From Eledone cirrhosa (lineage: Eukaryota), in NCBI GenBank assembly GCA_964016885.1, contig OZ024744.1:104160001-104224000 (forward strand): a DNA stretch of 64,000 nucleotides. Direction: 5' to 3'. This document shows, piece by piece, positions 1-13,000 of the stretch (its first letter is position 1; each line of letters begins with the position of its first letter). The position numbers and the translations under genes were made by a program. A model generated the notes under the pieces. The model saw nothing but the letters and a program-made list of their open reading frames with translations, was not told the origin of the DNA and did not search any database.

Positions 1-3000
1 ACTGTCTAGAGATATATAGGAAGGGATAGCTGACAGGATATGGTTTATAACAGTTGAAGGTAGAATGTCTAGAGATATATAGGAAGGGATAGCTTACAGA
101 ATAAGGTTTATAACAGTTGAAGTTAGACTGTCTAGAGATATATAGGAAGGGATAGCTCACAGAATATGTTTTATAACAGTTGAAGGTAGACTCTCCAGAG
201 ATGTATGGGAAGGGATAACTTACATAATATGGTTTATAACAGTTGAAGGCAGACTATCTATAGGTGTATATGAAGGGATAGCTCACAGAATATGGTTTAT
301 AACAGTTGAAGGTAGACTGTCTAGAGATGTATAGGAAGGGCTAGCTCACATAATATGGTTTATAACAGTTGAAGGTAGACTGTCTAGAGATGTATAGGAA
401 GGGCTAGCTCACATAATATGGTTGATAACAGTTGAAGGCAGACTATCTATAGGTGTATATGAAGGGATAGCTCACAGAATATGGTTTATAACAGTTGAAG
501 GTAGACTATCTATAGGTGTATAGGAAGAGATAGCTCACAGAATATGGTTTATAACAGTTGAAGGTAGACTGTCTAGAGATGTATAGGAAGGGAGAGCTCC
601 CAGAATATAGTTTATAAGAGTTGAAGGTAGACTGTCTAGAGGTATATAGGAAGCGATAGCTCACAGAATATGGTTTATAACAGTTGAAGGTAGACTGTTT
701 AGAGATATATAGGAAGGGATAGCTGACAGGATATGTTTTATAACAGTTGAAGGTAGAATGTCTAGAGATATATAGGAAGGGATAGCTTACAGAATAAGGT
801 TTATAACAGTTGAAGTTAGACTGTCTAGAGATCTATAGGAAGGGATAGCTCACAGAATATGTTTTATAACAGTTGAAGGTAGACTCTCCAGACATGTATG
901 GGAAGGGATAACTTACATAATATGGTTTATAACAGTTGAAGGCAGACTATCTATAGGTGTATATGAAGGGATAGCTCACAGAATATGGTTTATAGCAGTT
1001 GAAGGTAGACTGTCTAGAGATGTATAGGAAGGGCTAGCTCACATAATATGGTTTATAACAGTTGAAGGTAGACTGTAGTGGTATATAGGAAGGGATAGAT
1101 TACAGAATATGGTTATTAACAGTTGAAGGTAGACTGTCTAGAGGTATATAGGATGGGATAGCTCACATAATATGGTTCATAACAGTTGAAGGTAGACTCT
1201 GTCTTGAGGTATATAGGAAGGGATAGCTTACAGAATATGGTTTATAACAGTTGAAAGTAGACTGTCTAGAGATATATAGGAAGGGATAGCTGACAGAATA
1301 TGGTTTATAACAGTTGAAGGTAGACTGTCGAGAGATATATAGGAAGGGATAGCTGACAGAATTTGGTTTATAACAGTTGAAGGTAGACTGCCTAGAGATG
1401 TATAGGAAGGGCTAGCTCACATAATATGGTTTATAACAGTTGAAGGTAGACTGTCTAGTGGTATATAGGAAGGGATAGATTACAGAATATGGTTATTAAC
1501 AGTTGAAGGTAGACCGTCTAGAGGTATATAGGATAGGATAGCTCACAGAATATGGTTTATAACAGTTGAAGGTAGACTGTCTAGAGATATATAGGAAGGG
1601 ATAGCTCACATAATATGGTTTATAACAGTTGAAGGTAGACTCTGTCTTGAGGTATATAGGAAGGGGTAGCTGACAGAATATGGTTTATAACAGTTGAAGG
1701 TAGACTCTGTCTAGAGATGTATAGGAAGGGATAGTTTACAGAATATGGTTTATAACAGTTGAAGGTAGACTGTCTAGAGATATATAGGAAGGGATAGCTG
1801 ACAGGATATGGTTTATAACAGTTGAAGGTAGAATGTCTATAGATATATAGGAAGGGATAGCTTACAGAATAAGCTTTATAACAGTTGAATTTAGACTGTC
1901 TAGAGATCTATAGGAAGGGATAGCTGACAGGATATGGTTTATAACAGTTGAAGGTAGAATGTCTAGAGATATATAGGAAGGGATAGCTTACAGAATAAGC
2001 TTTATAACAGTTGAAGGTAGACTGTCTAGAAGTATATAGGATCGGATAGCTCACATAATATGTTTTATAACAGTTGAAGGTAGACTCTGTCTTGAGGTAT
2101 ATAGGAAGGGATAGCTTACAGAATATGGTTTATAACAGTTGAAAGTAGACTGTCTAGTGATGTATAGGAAGGGATAGCTCACAGAATATGGTTTATAACA
2201 GTTGAATGTAGACTGTCTAGAGGTGTAGGGGAAGGGATAACTTACATAATATGGTTTATAACAGTTTAAGGTAGACTGTCTAGAGGTATATAGGAAGGGA
2301 TAGCTCACAGAATATGGTTTATAACAGTTGAAGGTAGACTGTCTCTAGAGCTGTACAGGAAGGGATAGCTGACAGAATATGGTTTATAACAGTTGAAGGT
2401 AGACTGTCTAGTGGTATATAGGAAGGGATAGCTCACAGAATATGGTTTATAACAGTTGAAGGTAGACTGTCTAGTGGTATATAGGAAGGGATAGCTCCCA
2501 GAATATGGTTTATAACAGTTGAAGGTAGACTGTCTAGAGGTGTAGGGGAAGGGATAACTTACATAATATGGTTTATAACAGTTGAAGGTAGACTGTCTAG
2601 AGGTGTATGGGAAGGGATAGCTTACAGAATATGGTTTATAACAGTTGAAGGTAGACTGTCTAGAGGTATATAGGAAGTGATAGCTCACAGAATATGGTTT
2701 ATAACAGTTGAAGGTAGACTGTCTAGAGGTATATAGGATGGGATAGCTCACAGAATATGGTTTATAACAGTTGAAGGTAGACTGTCTAGAGGTATATAGG
2801 AAGGGATAGCTGACAGAATATGGTTTATAACAGTTGAAGGTAGACTGTTTAGAGATATATAGGAAGGGATAGCTCACAGAATATGGTTTATGACAGTTGA
2901 AGGTAGACTGTCGAGAGATATATAGGAAGGGATAGCTGACGGAATATGGTTTATAACAGTTGAAGGTAGACTGTCGAGAGATATATAGGAAGGGATAGCT

Positions 3001-3779
3001 GACAGAATTTGGTTTATAACAGTTGAAGGTAGACTGTCTAGAGATGTATAGGAAGGGCTAGCTCACATAATATGGTTTATAACAGTTGAAGGTAGACTGT
3101 CTAGTGGTATATAGGAAGGGATAGATTACAGAATATGGTTATTAACAGTTGAAGGTAGACTGTCTAGAGATATATAGGAAGGGATAGCTCACAGAATATG
3201 GTTTATAACAGTTGAAGGTAGACTGTCTAGAGATATATAGGAAGGGATAGCTCACATAATATGGTTTATAACAGTTGAAGGTAGACTCTGTCTTGAGGTA
3301 TATAGGAAGGGGTAGCTGACAGAATATGGTTTATAACAGTTGAAGGTAGACTCTGTCTAGAGATGTATAGGAAGGGATAGTTTACAGAATATGGTTTATA
3401 ACAGTTGAAGGTAGACTGTCTAGTGATGTATAGGAAGGGATAGCTCACAGAATATGGTTTATAACAGTTGAAGGTAGACTCTGTCTAGAGGTATATAGGA
3501 AGGGATAGCTCACAGAATATGGTTTATAACAGTTGAATGTAGACTGTCTAGAGGTGTAGGGGAAGGGATAACTTACATAATATGGTTTATAACAGTTTAA
3601 GGTAGACTGTCTAGAGGTATATAGGAAGGGATAGCTCACAGAATATGGTTTATAACAGTTGAAGGTAGACTGTCTAGAGATATATAGGAAGGGATAGCTG
3701 ACAGGATATGGTTTATAACAGTTGAAGGTAGAATGTCTAGAGATATATAGGAAGGGATAGCTTACAGAATAAGCTTTAT

Positions 3780-6500
3780 AACAGTTGAAGTTAGACTGTC
3801 TAGAGATCTATAGGAAGGGATAGCTCACAGAATATGTTTTATAACAGTTGAAGGTAGACTGTCCAGAGATGTATGGGAAGGGATAACTTACATAATATGG
3901 TTTATAACAGTTGAAGGCAGACTATCTCTAGGTGTATAGGAAGGGATAGCTCACAGAATATGGTTTATAACAGTTGAAGGTAGACTTTCTAGAGATGTAT
4001 AGGAAGGGCTAGCTCACATAATATGGTTTATAACAGTTGAAGGTAGACTGTAGTGGTATATAGGAAGGGATAGATTACAGAATATGGTTATTAACAGTTG
4101 AAGGTAGACTGTCTAGAGGTATATAGGATGGGATAGCTCACATAATATGGTTTATAACAGTTGAAGGTAGACTCTGTCTTGAGGTATATAGGAAGGGATA
4201 GCTTACAGAATATGGTTTATAACAGTTCAAAGTAGACTGTCTAGAGATATATAGGAAGGGATAGCTGACAGAATATGGTTTATAACAGTTGAAGGTAGAC
4301 TCTCTCTAGAGCTGTACAGGAAGGGATAGCTGACAGAATATGGTTTATAACAGTTGAAGGTAGACTGTCTAGTGGTATATAGGAAGGGATAGCTGACAGA
4401 ATATGGTTTATAACAGTTGAAGGTAGACTGTCTAGAGGTATATAGGATGGGATAGCTGACAGAATATGGTTTATAACAGTTGAAGGTAGACTGTCTAGAG
4501 GTATATAGGATGGGATTGCTCACAGAATATGGTTTATAACAGTTGAAGGTAGAATGTCTAGAGATATATAGGATGGGATAGGTTACAGAATATGGTTTAT
4601 AACTGTTGAAGGTAGACTGTCTAAATATGTATAGGAAGGGATAGCTTACAGAATATGGTTTATAACAGTTGAAAGTAGACTGTCTAGAGAAGTATAGGAA
4701 GGGATAGCTCACAGAATATGGTTTATAACAGTTGAAGGTAGACTGTCTAGAGATGTATAGGAAGGGATAGCTTACAGAATATGGTTTATAACAGTTGAAG
4801 GTAGACTGTCTAGAGATGTATAGGAAGGGATAGCTCACAGAATATGGTTTATAACAGTTGAAAGTAGACTGTCTAGAGATGTATAGGAAGGGATAGCTCA
4901 CAGAATATGGTTTATAACAGTTGAAGGTAGACTGTCTAGAGATGTATAGGAAGGGATAGCTCACAGAATATGGTTTATGACAGTTGAAAGTAGACTGTCT
5001 AGAGATGTATAGGAAGGGATAGCTCACAGAATATGGTTTATAACAGTTGAAGGTAGACTGTCTAGAGATATATAGGAAGGGATAGCTCACAGAATATTGT
5101 TTATGACAGTTGAAAGTAGACTGTCTAGAGATGTATAGGAAGGGATAGCTCACAGAATATGGTTTATAACAGTTGAAGGTAGACTGTCTAGAGATGTATA
5201 AGAAGGGATAGCTTACAGAATATGGTTTATAACAGTTGAAGTTAGACTGTCTAGAGATCTATAGGAAGGGATAGCTCACAGAATATGTTTTATAACAGTT
5301 GAAGGTAGACTGTCCAGAGATGTATGGGAAGGGATAACTTACATAATATGGTTTATAACAGTTGAAGGCAGACTATCTCTAGGTGTATAGGAAGGGATAG
5401 CTCACAGAATATGGTTTATAACAGTTGAAGGTAGACTTTCTAGAGATGTATAGGAAGGGCTAGCTCACATAATATGGTTTATAACAGTTGAAGGTAGACT
5501 GTAGTGGTATATAGGAAGGGATAGATTACAGAATATGGTTATTAACAGTTGAAGGTAGACTGTCTAGAGGTATATAGGATGGGATAGCTCACATAATATG
5601 GTTTATAACAGTTGAAGGTAGACTCTGTCTTGAGGTATATAGGAATGGATAGCTTACAGAATATGGTTTATAACAGTTCAAAGTAGACTGTCTAGAGATA
5701 TATAGGAAGGGATAGCTGACAGAATATGGTTTATAACAGTTGAAGGTAGACTCTCTCTAGAGCTGTACAGGAAGGGATAGCTGACAGAATATGGTTTATA
5801 ACAGTTGAAGGTAGACTGTCTAGTGGTATATAGGAAGGGATAGCTGACAGAATATGGTTTATAACAGTTGAAGGTAGACTGTCTAGAGGTATATAGGATG
5901 GGATAGCTGACAGAATATGGTTTATAACAGTTGAAGGTAGACTGTCTAGAGGTATATAGGATGGGATTGCTCACAGAATATGGTTTATAACAGTTGAAGG
6001 TAGAATGTCTAGAGATATATAGGATGGGATAGGTTACAGAATATGGTTTATAACTGTTGAAGGTAGACTGTCTAAATATGTATAGGAAGGGATAGCTTAC
6101 AGAATATGGTTTATAACAGTTGAAAGTAGACTGTCTAGAGAAGTATAGGAAGGGATAGCTCACAGAATATGGTTTATAACAGTTGAAGGTAGACTGTCTA
6201 GAGATGTATAGGAAGGGATAGCTTACAGAATATGGTTTATAACAGTTGAAGGTAGACTGTCTAGAGATGTATAGGAAGGGATAGCTCACAGAATATGGTT
6301 TATAACAGTTGAAAGTAGACTGTCTAGAGATGTATAGGAAGGGATAGCTCACAGAATATGGTTTATAACAGTTGAAGGTAGACTGTCTAGAGATGTATAG
6401 GAAGGGATAGCTCACAGAATATGGTTTATGACAGTTGAAAGTAGACTGTCTAGAGATGTATAGGAAGGGATAGCTCACAGAATATGGTTTATAACAGTTG
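3780..6500. repeat. Higher-order duplication within the satellite, period 1451 bp (~23 monomers)
   Basis: ORFs ending at 4227 and 5678 share an identical C-terminal sequence (offset 1451). Shared rare variants include GTTCAAAG, CTCTCTAGAGCTGTAC and GACTGTAGTGG. Boundaries are approximate. Confidence 0.85.
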
Positions 6501-7084
6501 AAGGTAGACTATCTAGAGATATATAGGAAGGGATAGCTCACAGAATATGGTTTATGACAGTTGAAAGTAGACTGTCTAGAGATGTATAGGAAGGGATAGC
6601 TCACAGAATATGGTTTATAACAGTTGAAGGTAGACTGTCTAGAGATGTATAGGAAGGGATAGCTTACAGAATATGGTTTATAACAGTTGAAGGTAGACTG
6701 TCTAGAGATGTATAGGAAGGGATAGCTCACATAATATGGTTTATAACAGTTGAAGGTAGACTGTCTAGAGATGTATAGGAAGGGATAGCTCACAGAATAT
6801 GGTTTATAACAGTTGAAGGTAGACTGTCTAGAGATGTATAGGAAGGGATAGCTCACAGAATATGGTTTATAATAGTTGAAGGTAGACGCTGTCTAGAGGT
6901 ATATAGGAAGGGATAGCTTACAGAATATGGTTTATAACAGTTGAAGGTAGACTGTCTAGTGATGTATAGGAAGGGATAGCTCACAGAATATGGTTTGTAA
7001 CAGTTGAAGGTAGACTCTGTCTAGAGGTATATAGGAAGGGATAGCTCACAGAATATGGTTTATAAGAGTTGAAGGAAGACTGTC

Positions 7085-10000
7085 TAGAGGTGTAGGGGAA
7101 GGGATAACTTACATAATATGGTTTATAACAATTTAAGGTAGACTGTCTAGAGGTATATAGGAAGGGATAGCTCACAGAATATGGTTTATAACAGTTGAAG
7201 GTAGACTGTCTAGAGATCTATAGGAAGGGATAGCTCACAGAATATGGTTTATAACAGTTGAAAGTAGACTGTCTAGAGGTGTAGGGGAAGGGATAACTTA
7301 CATAATATGGTTTATAACAGTTTAAGGTAGAATGTCTAGAGATATATAGGTTGGGATAGCTTACAGAATAAGGTTTATAACAGTTGAAGTTAGACTGTCT
7401 AGAGATGTATAGGAATGGATAGCTCACAAAATATGGTTTATAACAGTTGAAGGTAGACTCTGTCTAGAGATATATAGGAAGGGATAGCTCACAGAATATG
7501 GTTTATAACAGTTGAAGGTAGACTGTCTAGAGGTATATAGGAAGGGATAACTCACAGAATATGGTTTATAACAGTTGAAGGTAGAATGTCTAGATATGTA
7601 TAGGAAGGGATAGCTCACATAATATGGTTTATAACAGTTGAAGGTAGACTGTCTAGAGATGTATAGGAAGGGATAGCTTACAGAATATGGTTTATAACAG
7701 TTGAAGGTAGACGCTGTCTAGAGGTATATAGGAAGGGATAGCTTACAGAATATGGTTTATAACTGTTGAAGGTAGACTGTCTAAATATGTATAGGAAGGG
7801 ATAGCTGACAGAATATGGTTTATAACAGTTGAAGGTAGACTGTCTAGAGATATATAGGAAGGGATAGCTCACAGAATATGGTTTATAACAGTTGAAGGTA
7901 GACTGTCTAGAGATATACAGGAAGGGATAGCTGACAGAATATGGTTTATAACAGTTGAAGGTAGACTGTCTAGAGATGTACAGGAAGGGATAGCTGACAG
8001 AATATGGTTTATAACAGTTGAAGTTAGACTGTCTAGAGGTATATAGGAAGCGATAGCTCACATAATATGGTTTATAACAGTTGAAGGTAGACTGTCTAGA
8101 GATGTACAGGGTGGGATAGCTGACAGAATATGGTTATTAACAGTTGAAGGTAGACTGTCTAGAGATATATAGGAAGGGATAGCTCACAGATTATGGTTTA
8201 TAACAGTTGAAGGTAGACTGTCTAGAGATATATAGGAAGGGATAGCTCCCAGAATATGGTTTATAACAGTTGAAGGTAGACTGTCTAGAGATGTATAGGA
8301 AGTGATAGCTCACAGAATATGGTTTATAACAGTTGAAGGTAGACTGTCTAGAGGTGTAGGGGAAGGGATAACTTACATAATATGGTTTATAACAGTTGAA
8401 GGTAGACTGTCTAGAGGTGTATGGGAAGGGATAGCTTACAGAATATGGTTTATAACAGTTGAAGGTAGACTGTCTAGAGGTATATAGGAAGGGATAGCTC
8501 ACAGAATATGGTTTATAACAGTTGAAGGTAGACTGTCTAGAGGTGTATGGGAAGGGATAGCTTACAGAATATGGTTTATAACAGTTGAAGGTAGACTGTC
8601 TAGAGGTATATAGGAAGGGATAGCTCACAGAATATGGTTTATAACAGTTGAAGGTAGACTGTCTAGAGATGTATAGGAAGGGATAGCTCACAGAATATGG
8701 TTTATAACAGTTGAAGGTAGAATGTCTAGAGGTATATAGGAAGGGATAGCTCACAGAATATGGTTTATAACAGTTGAAGGTAGAATGTCTAGAGGTATAT
8801 AGGAAGGGATAGCTCACAGAATATGGTTTATAACAGTCGAAGGTAGAATGTCTAGAGGTATATAGGAAGGGATAGCTCACAGAATATGGTTTATAACAGT
8901 TGAAGGTAGAATGTCTAGAGATATATAGGATGGGATAGGTTACAGAATATGGTTTATAACTGTTGATGGTAGACTGTCTAAATATGTATAGGAAGGGATA
9001 GCTTACAGAATATGGTTTATAACAGTTAAAGGTAGACTGTCTAGAGATGTATAGGAAGGGACAGCTCACAGAATATGGTTTATAACAGTTGAAAGTAAAC
9101 TGTCTAGAGAAGTATAGGAAGGGATAGCTCACAGAATATGGTTTATAACAGTTGAAGGTAGACTGTCTAGAGATGTATAGGAAGGGATAGCTTACAGAAT
9201 ATGGTTTATAACAGTTGAAGGTAGACTGTCTAGAGATGTATAGGAAGGGATAGCTCACAGAATATGGTTTATAACAGTTGACGGTAGACTGTCTAGAGAT
9301 ATATAGGAAGGGATAGCTCACAGAATATGGTTTATAACAGTTGAAAGTAGACTGTCTAGAGATGTATAGGAAGGGATAGCTCACAGAATATGGTTTATAA
9401 CAGTTGAAGGTAGACTGTCTAGAGATATATAGGAAGGGATAGCTTACAGAATATGGTTTATAACAGTTGCAGGTAGACTGTCTAGAGGTATATAGGAAGG
9501 GATAGCTCACAGAATATGGTTTATAACAGTTGAAGGTAGACTCTGTCTAGAGATGTAGAGCAAGGGATAGCTTACAGAATAAGGTTTATAACAGTTGAAG
9601 GTAGACTCTGTCCAGAGATGTATAGTAAGAGATAGCTCGCTGAATATGGTTTATAACAGTTGAAGGTAGACTGTCTAGAGATATATAAGAAGGGATAGCT
9701 GACAGAATATGGTTTATAACAGTTAAAGGTAGACTGTCTATAGATATATAGGAAGGAATAGCTTACAGAATATGGTTTATAACAGTTGAAGGTAGACTGT
9801 CTAGAGATATATAGGAAGGGATAGCTCACAGAATATGGTTTATAACAGTTGAAGGTAGACTGTCTAGAGATATATAGGAAGGGATAGCTCACAGAATATG
9901 GTTTATAACAGTTGAAGGTAGACTGTCTAGAGATATATAGGAAGGGATAGCTGACAGAATTTGGTTTATAACAGTTGAAGGTAGACTGTCTAGAGATGTA

Positions 10001-13000
10001 TAGGAAGTGCTAGCTCACATAATATGGTTTATAACAGTTGAAGGTAGACTGTCTAGTGGTATATAGGAAGGGATATATTACAGAATATGGTTATTAACAG
10101 TTGAAGATAGACTGTCTAGAGGTATATAGGATGGGATAGCTCACAGAATATGGTGTATAACAGTTGAAGGCAGACTATCTATAGGTGTATAGGAAGGGAT
10201 AGCTCACAGAATATGGTTTATAACAGTTGAAGGTAGACTGTCTAGAGATGTATAGGAAGGGCTAGCTCACATAATATGGTTTATAACAGTTGAAGGTAGA
10301 CTGTCTAGTGGTATATAGGAGGGATAGATTACAGAATATGGTTATTAACAGTTGAAGGTAGACTGTCTAGAGTATATAGGATGGGATAGCTCACATAATA
10401 TGGTTTATAACAGTTGAAGGTAGACTGTCTAGAGATATATAGGAAGGGATAGCTCACAGAATATGGTTTATGACAGTTGAAAGTAGACTGTCTAGTGGTA
10501 TATAGGAAGGGATAGCTCACAGAATATGGTTTATAACAGTTGAAGGTAGAATATCTAGAGATATATAGGAAGGGATAGATTACAGAATAAGGTTTATAAC
10601 AGTTGAAGGTAGACTGTCTAGAGTATATACGATGGGATAGCTCACATAATATGGTTTATAACAGTTGAAGGTAGACTGTCTAGAGATATATAGGAAGGGA
10701 TAGCTCACAGAATATGGTTTATGACAGTTGAAAGTAGACTGTCTAGAGATGTATAGGAAGGGATAGCTCACAGAATATGGTTTATAACAGTTGAAGGTAG
10801 ACTGTCTAGAGATATATAGGAAGGGATAGCTCACAGAATATGGTTTATGACAGTTGAAAGTAGACTGTCTAGAGATGTATAGGAAGGGATAGCTCACAGA
10901 ATATGGTTTATAACAGTTGAAGGTAGACTGTCTAGAGATATATAGGAAGGGATAGCTCACAGAATATGGTTTATGACAGTTGAAGGTAGACTGTCTAGAG
11001 GTATATAGAAAGGGATAGCTCACAGAATATGGTTTATAACAGTTGAAGGTAGAATGTCTAGAGATATATAGGATGGGATAGGTTTCAGAATATGGTTTAT
11101 AACAGTTGAAGGTAGACTGTCTAGAGATATATAGGAAGGGATAGCTCACAGATTATGGTTTATAACAGTTGAAAGTAGAATGTGTAGAGATGTATAGGAA
11201 GGGATAGCTCACAGAATATGGTTTATAACAGTTGAAGGTAGACTGTCTAGAGATGTATAGGAAGGGATAGCTTACAGAATATGGTTTATAACAGTTGAAG
11301 GTAGACTGTCTAGAGATGTATAGGGTGGGATAGGTTACAGAATATGGTTTATAACAGTTGAAGGTAGACGCTGTCTAGAGGTATATAGGAAGGGATAGCT
11401 TACAGAATATGGTTTATAACAGTTGAAGGTAGACTGTCTAGTGATGTATAGGAAGGGATAGCTCACAGAATATGGTTTATAACAGTTGAAGGTAGACTCT
11501 GTCTAGAGGTATATAGGAAGGGATAGCTTACAGAATATGGTTTATAACAGTTGAAGTTAGAATGTCTAGAGATCTATAGGAAGGGATAGCTCACAGAATA
11601 TGGTTTATAACAGTTGAAGGTAGACTTTCTACAGATATATAGGAAGGGATAGCTCACAGAATATGGTTTATAACAGTTGAAGGTAGACTGTCTAGAGGTG
11701 TAGGGGAAGGGATAACTTACATAATATTGTTTATAACAGATTAAGGTAGACTGTCTAGAGGTATATAGGAAGGGATAGCTTACAGAATAAGGTTTATAAC
11801 AGTTGAAGGTAGACTGTTTTGTGGTATATAGTAAGGGATAGCTCCCAGAATATTGTTTATAACAGTTGAAAGTAGACTCTGTCTAGAGGAATATAGGAAG
11901 GGATTGCTTACAGAATATGGTTTATAACAGTTGAAGGTAGACCGTCTAGAGGTATATAGGATGGGATAGCTCACAGGATATGGTTTATAACAGTTGAAAG
12001 TAGAATGTCTAGAGATATTGAGGAAGGGATAGCTCACAGAATATGGTTCATAACAGTTGAAGGTAGACTCTGTCTGGAGGTGTAGAGCAAGGGATAGCTT
12101 ACAGTATATGGTTTATAACAGTTGAAGGTAGACTCTGTCCAGAGATGTATAGGAAGAGATAGCTCACAGAATATGGTTTATAACAGTTGAAGGTAGACTG
12201 TCTAGAGATATATAGGAAGGGATAGCTCACAGAATATGGTTTATAACAGTTGAAGGTAGACTCTGTCTAGAGGTATATAGGAAGGGATAGCTTACAGAAT
12301 ATGGTTTATAACGGTTGAAGGTAGACTGTCTAGAGATGTAGAGCAAGGGATAGCTTACAGAATATGGTTTATAACAGTTGAAGGTAGACTGTCTAGAGAT
12401 CTATAGGAAGGGATAGCTCACAGAATATAGTTTATAACAGTTGAAAGTAGACTGTCTAGAGGTGTAGGGGAAGGGATAACTTACATAATATGGTTTATAA
12501 CAGTTTAAGGTAGACTGTCTAGATTTATATAGGAAGGGATAGCTGACAGGATATGGTTTATAACAGTTGAAGGTAGAATGTCTAGAGATATATAGGTTGG
12601 GATAGCTTACAGAATAAGGTTTATAACAGTTGAAGTTAGACTGTCTAGAGATCTATAGGAAGGGATAGCTCACAGAATATGGTTTATGACAGTTGAAAGT
12701 AGACTGTCTAGAGATGTATAGGAAGGGATAGCTCACAGAATATGGTTTATAACAGTTGAAGGTAGACTGTCTAGAGATATATAGGAAGGGATAGCTCACA
12801 GAATATGGTTTATGACAGTTGAAAGTAGACTGTCTAGAGATGTATAGGAAGGGATAGCTCACAGAATATGGTTTATAACAGTTGAAGGTAGACTGTCTAG
12901 AGATATATAGGAAGGGATAGCTCACAGAATATGGTTTATGACAGTTGAAAGTAGACTGTCTAGAGATGTATAGGAAGGGATAGCTCACAGAATATGGTTT

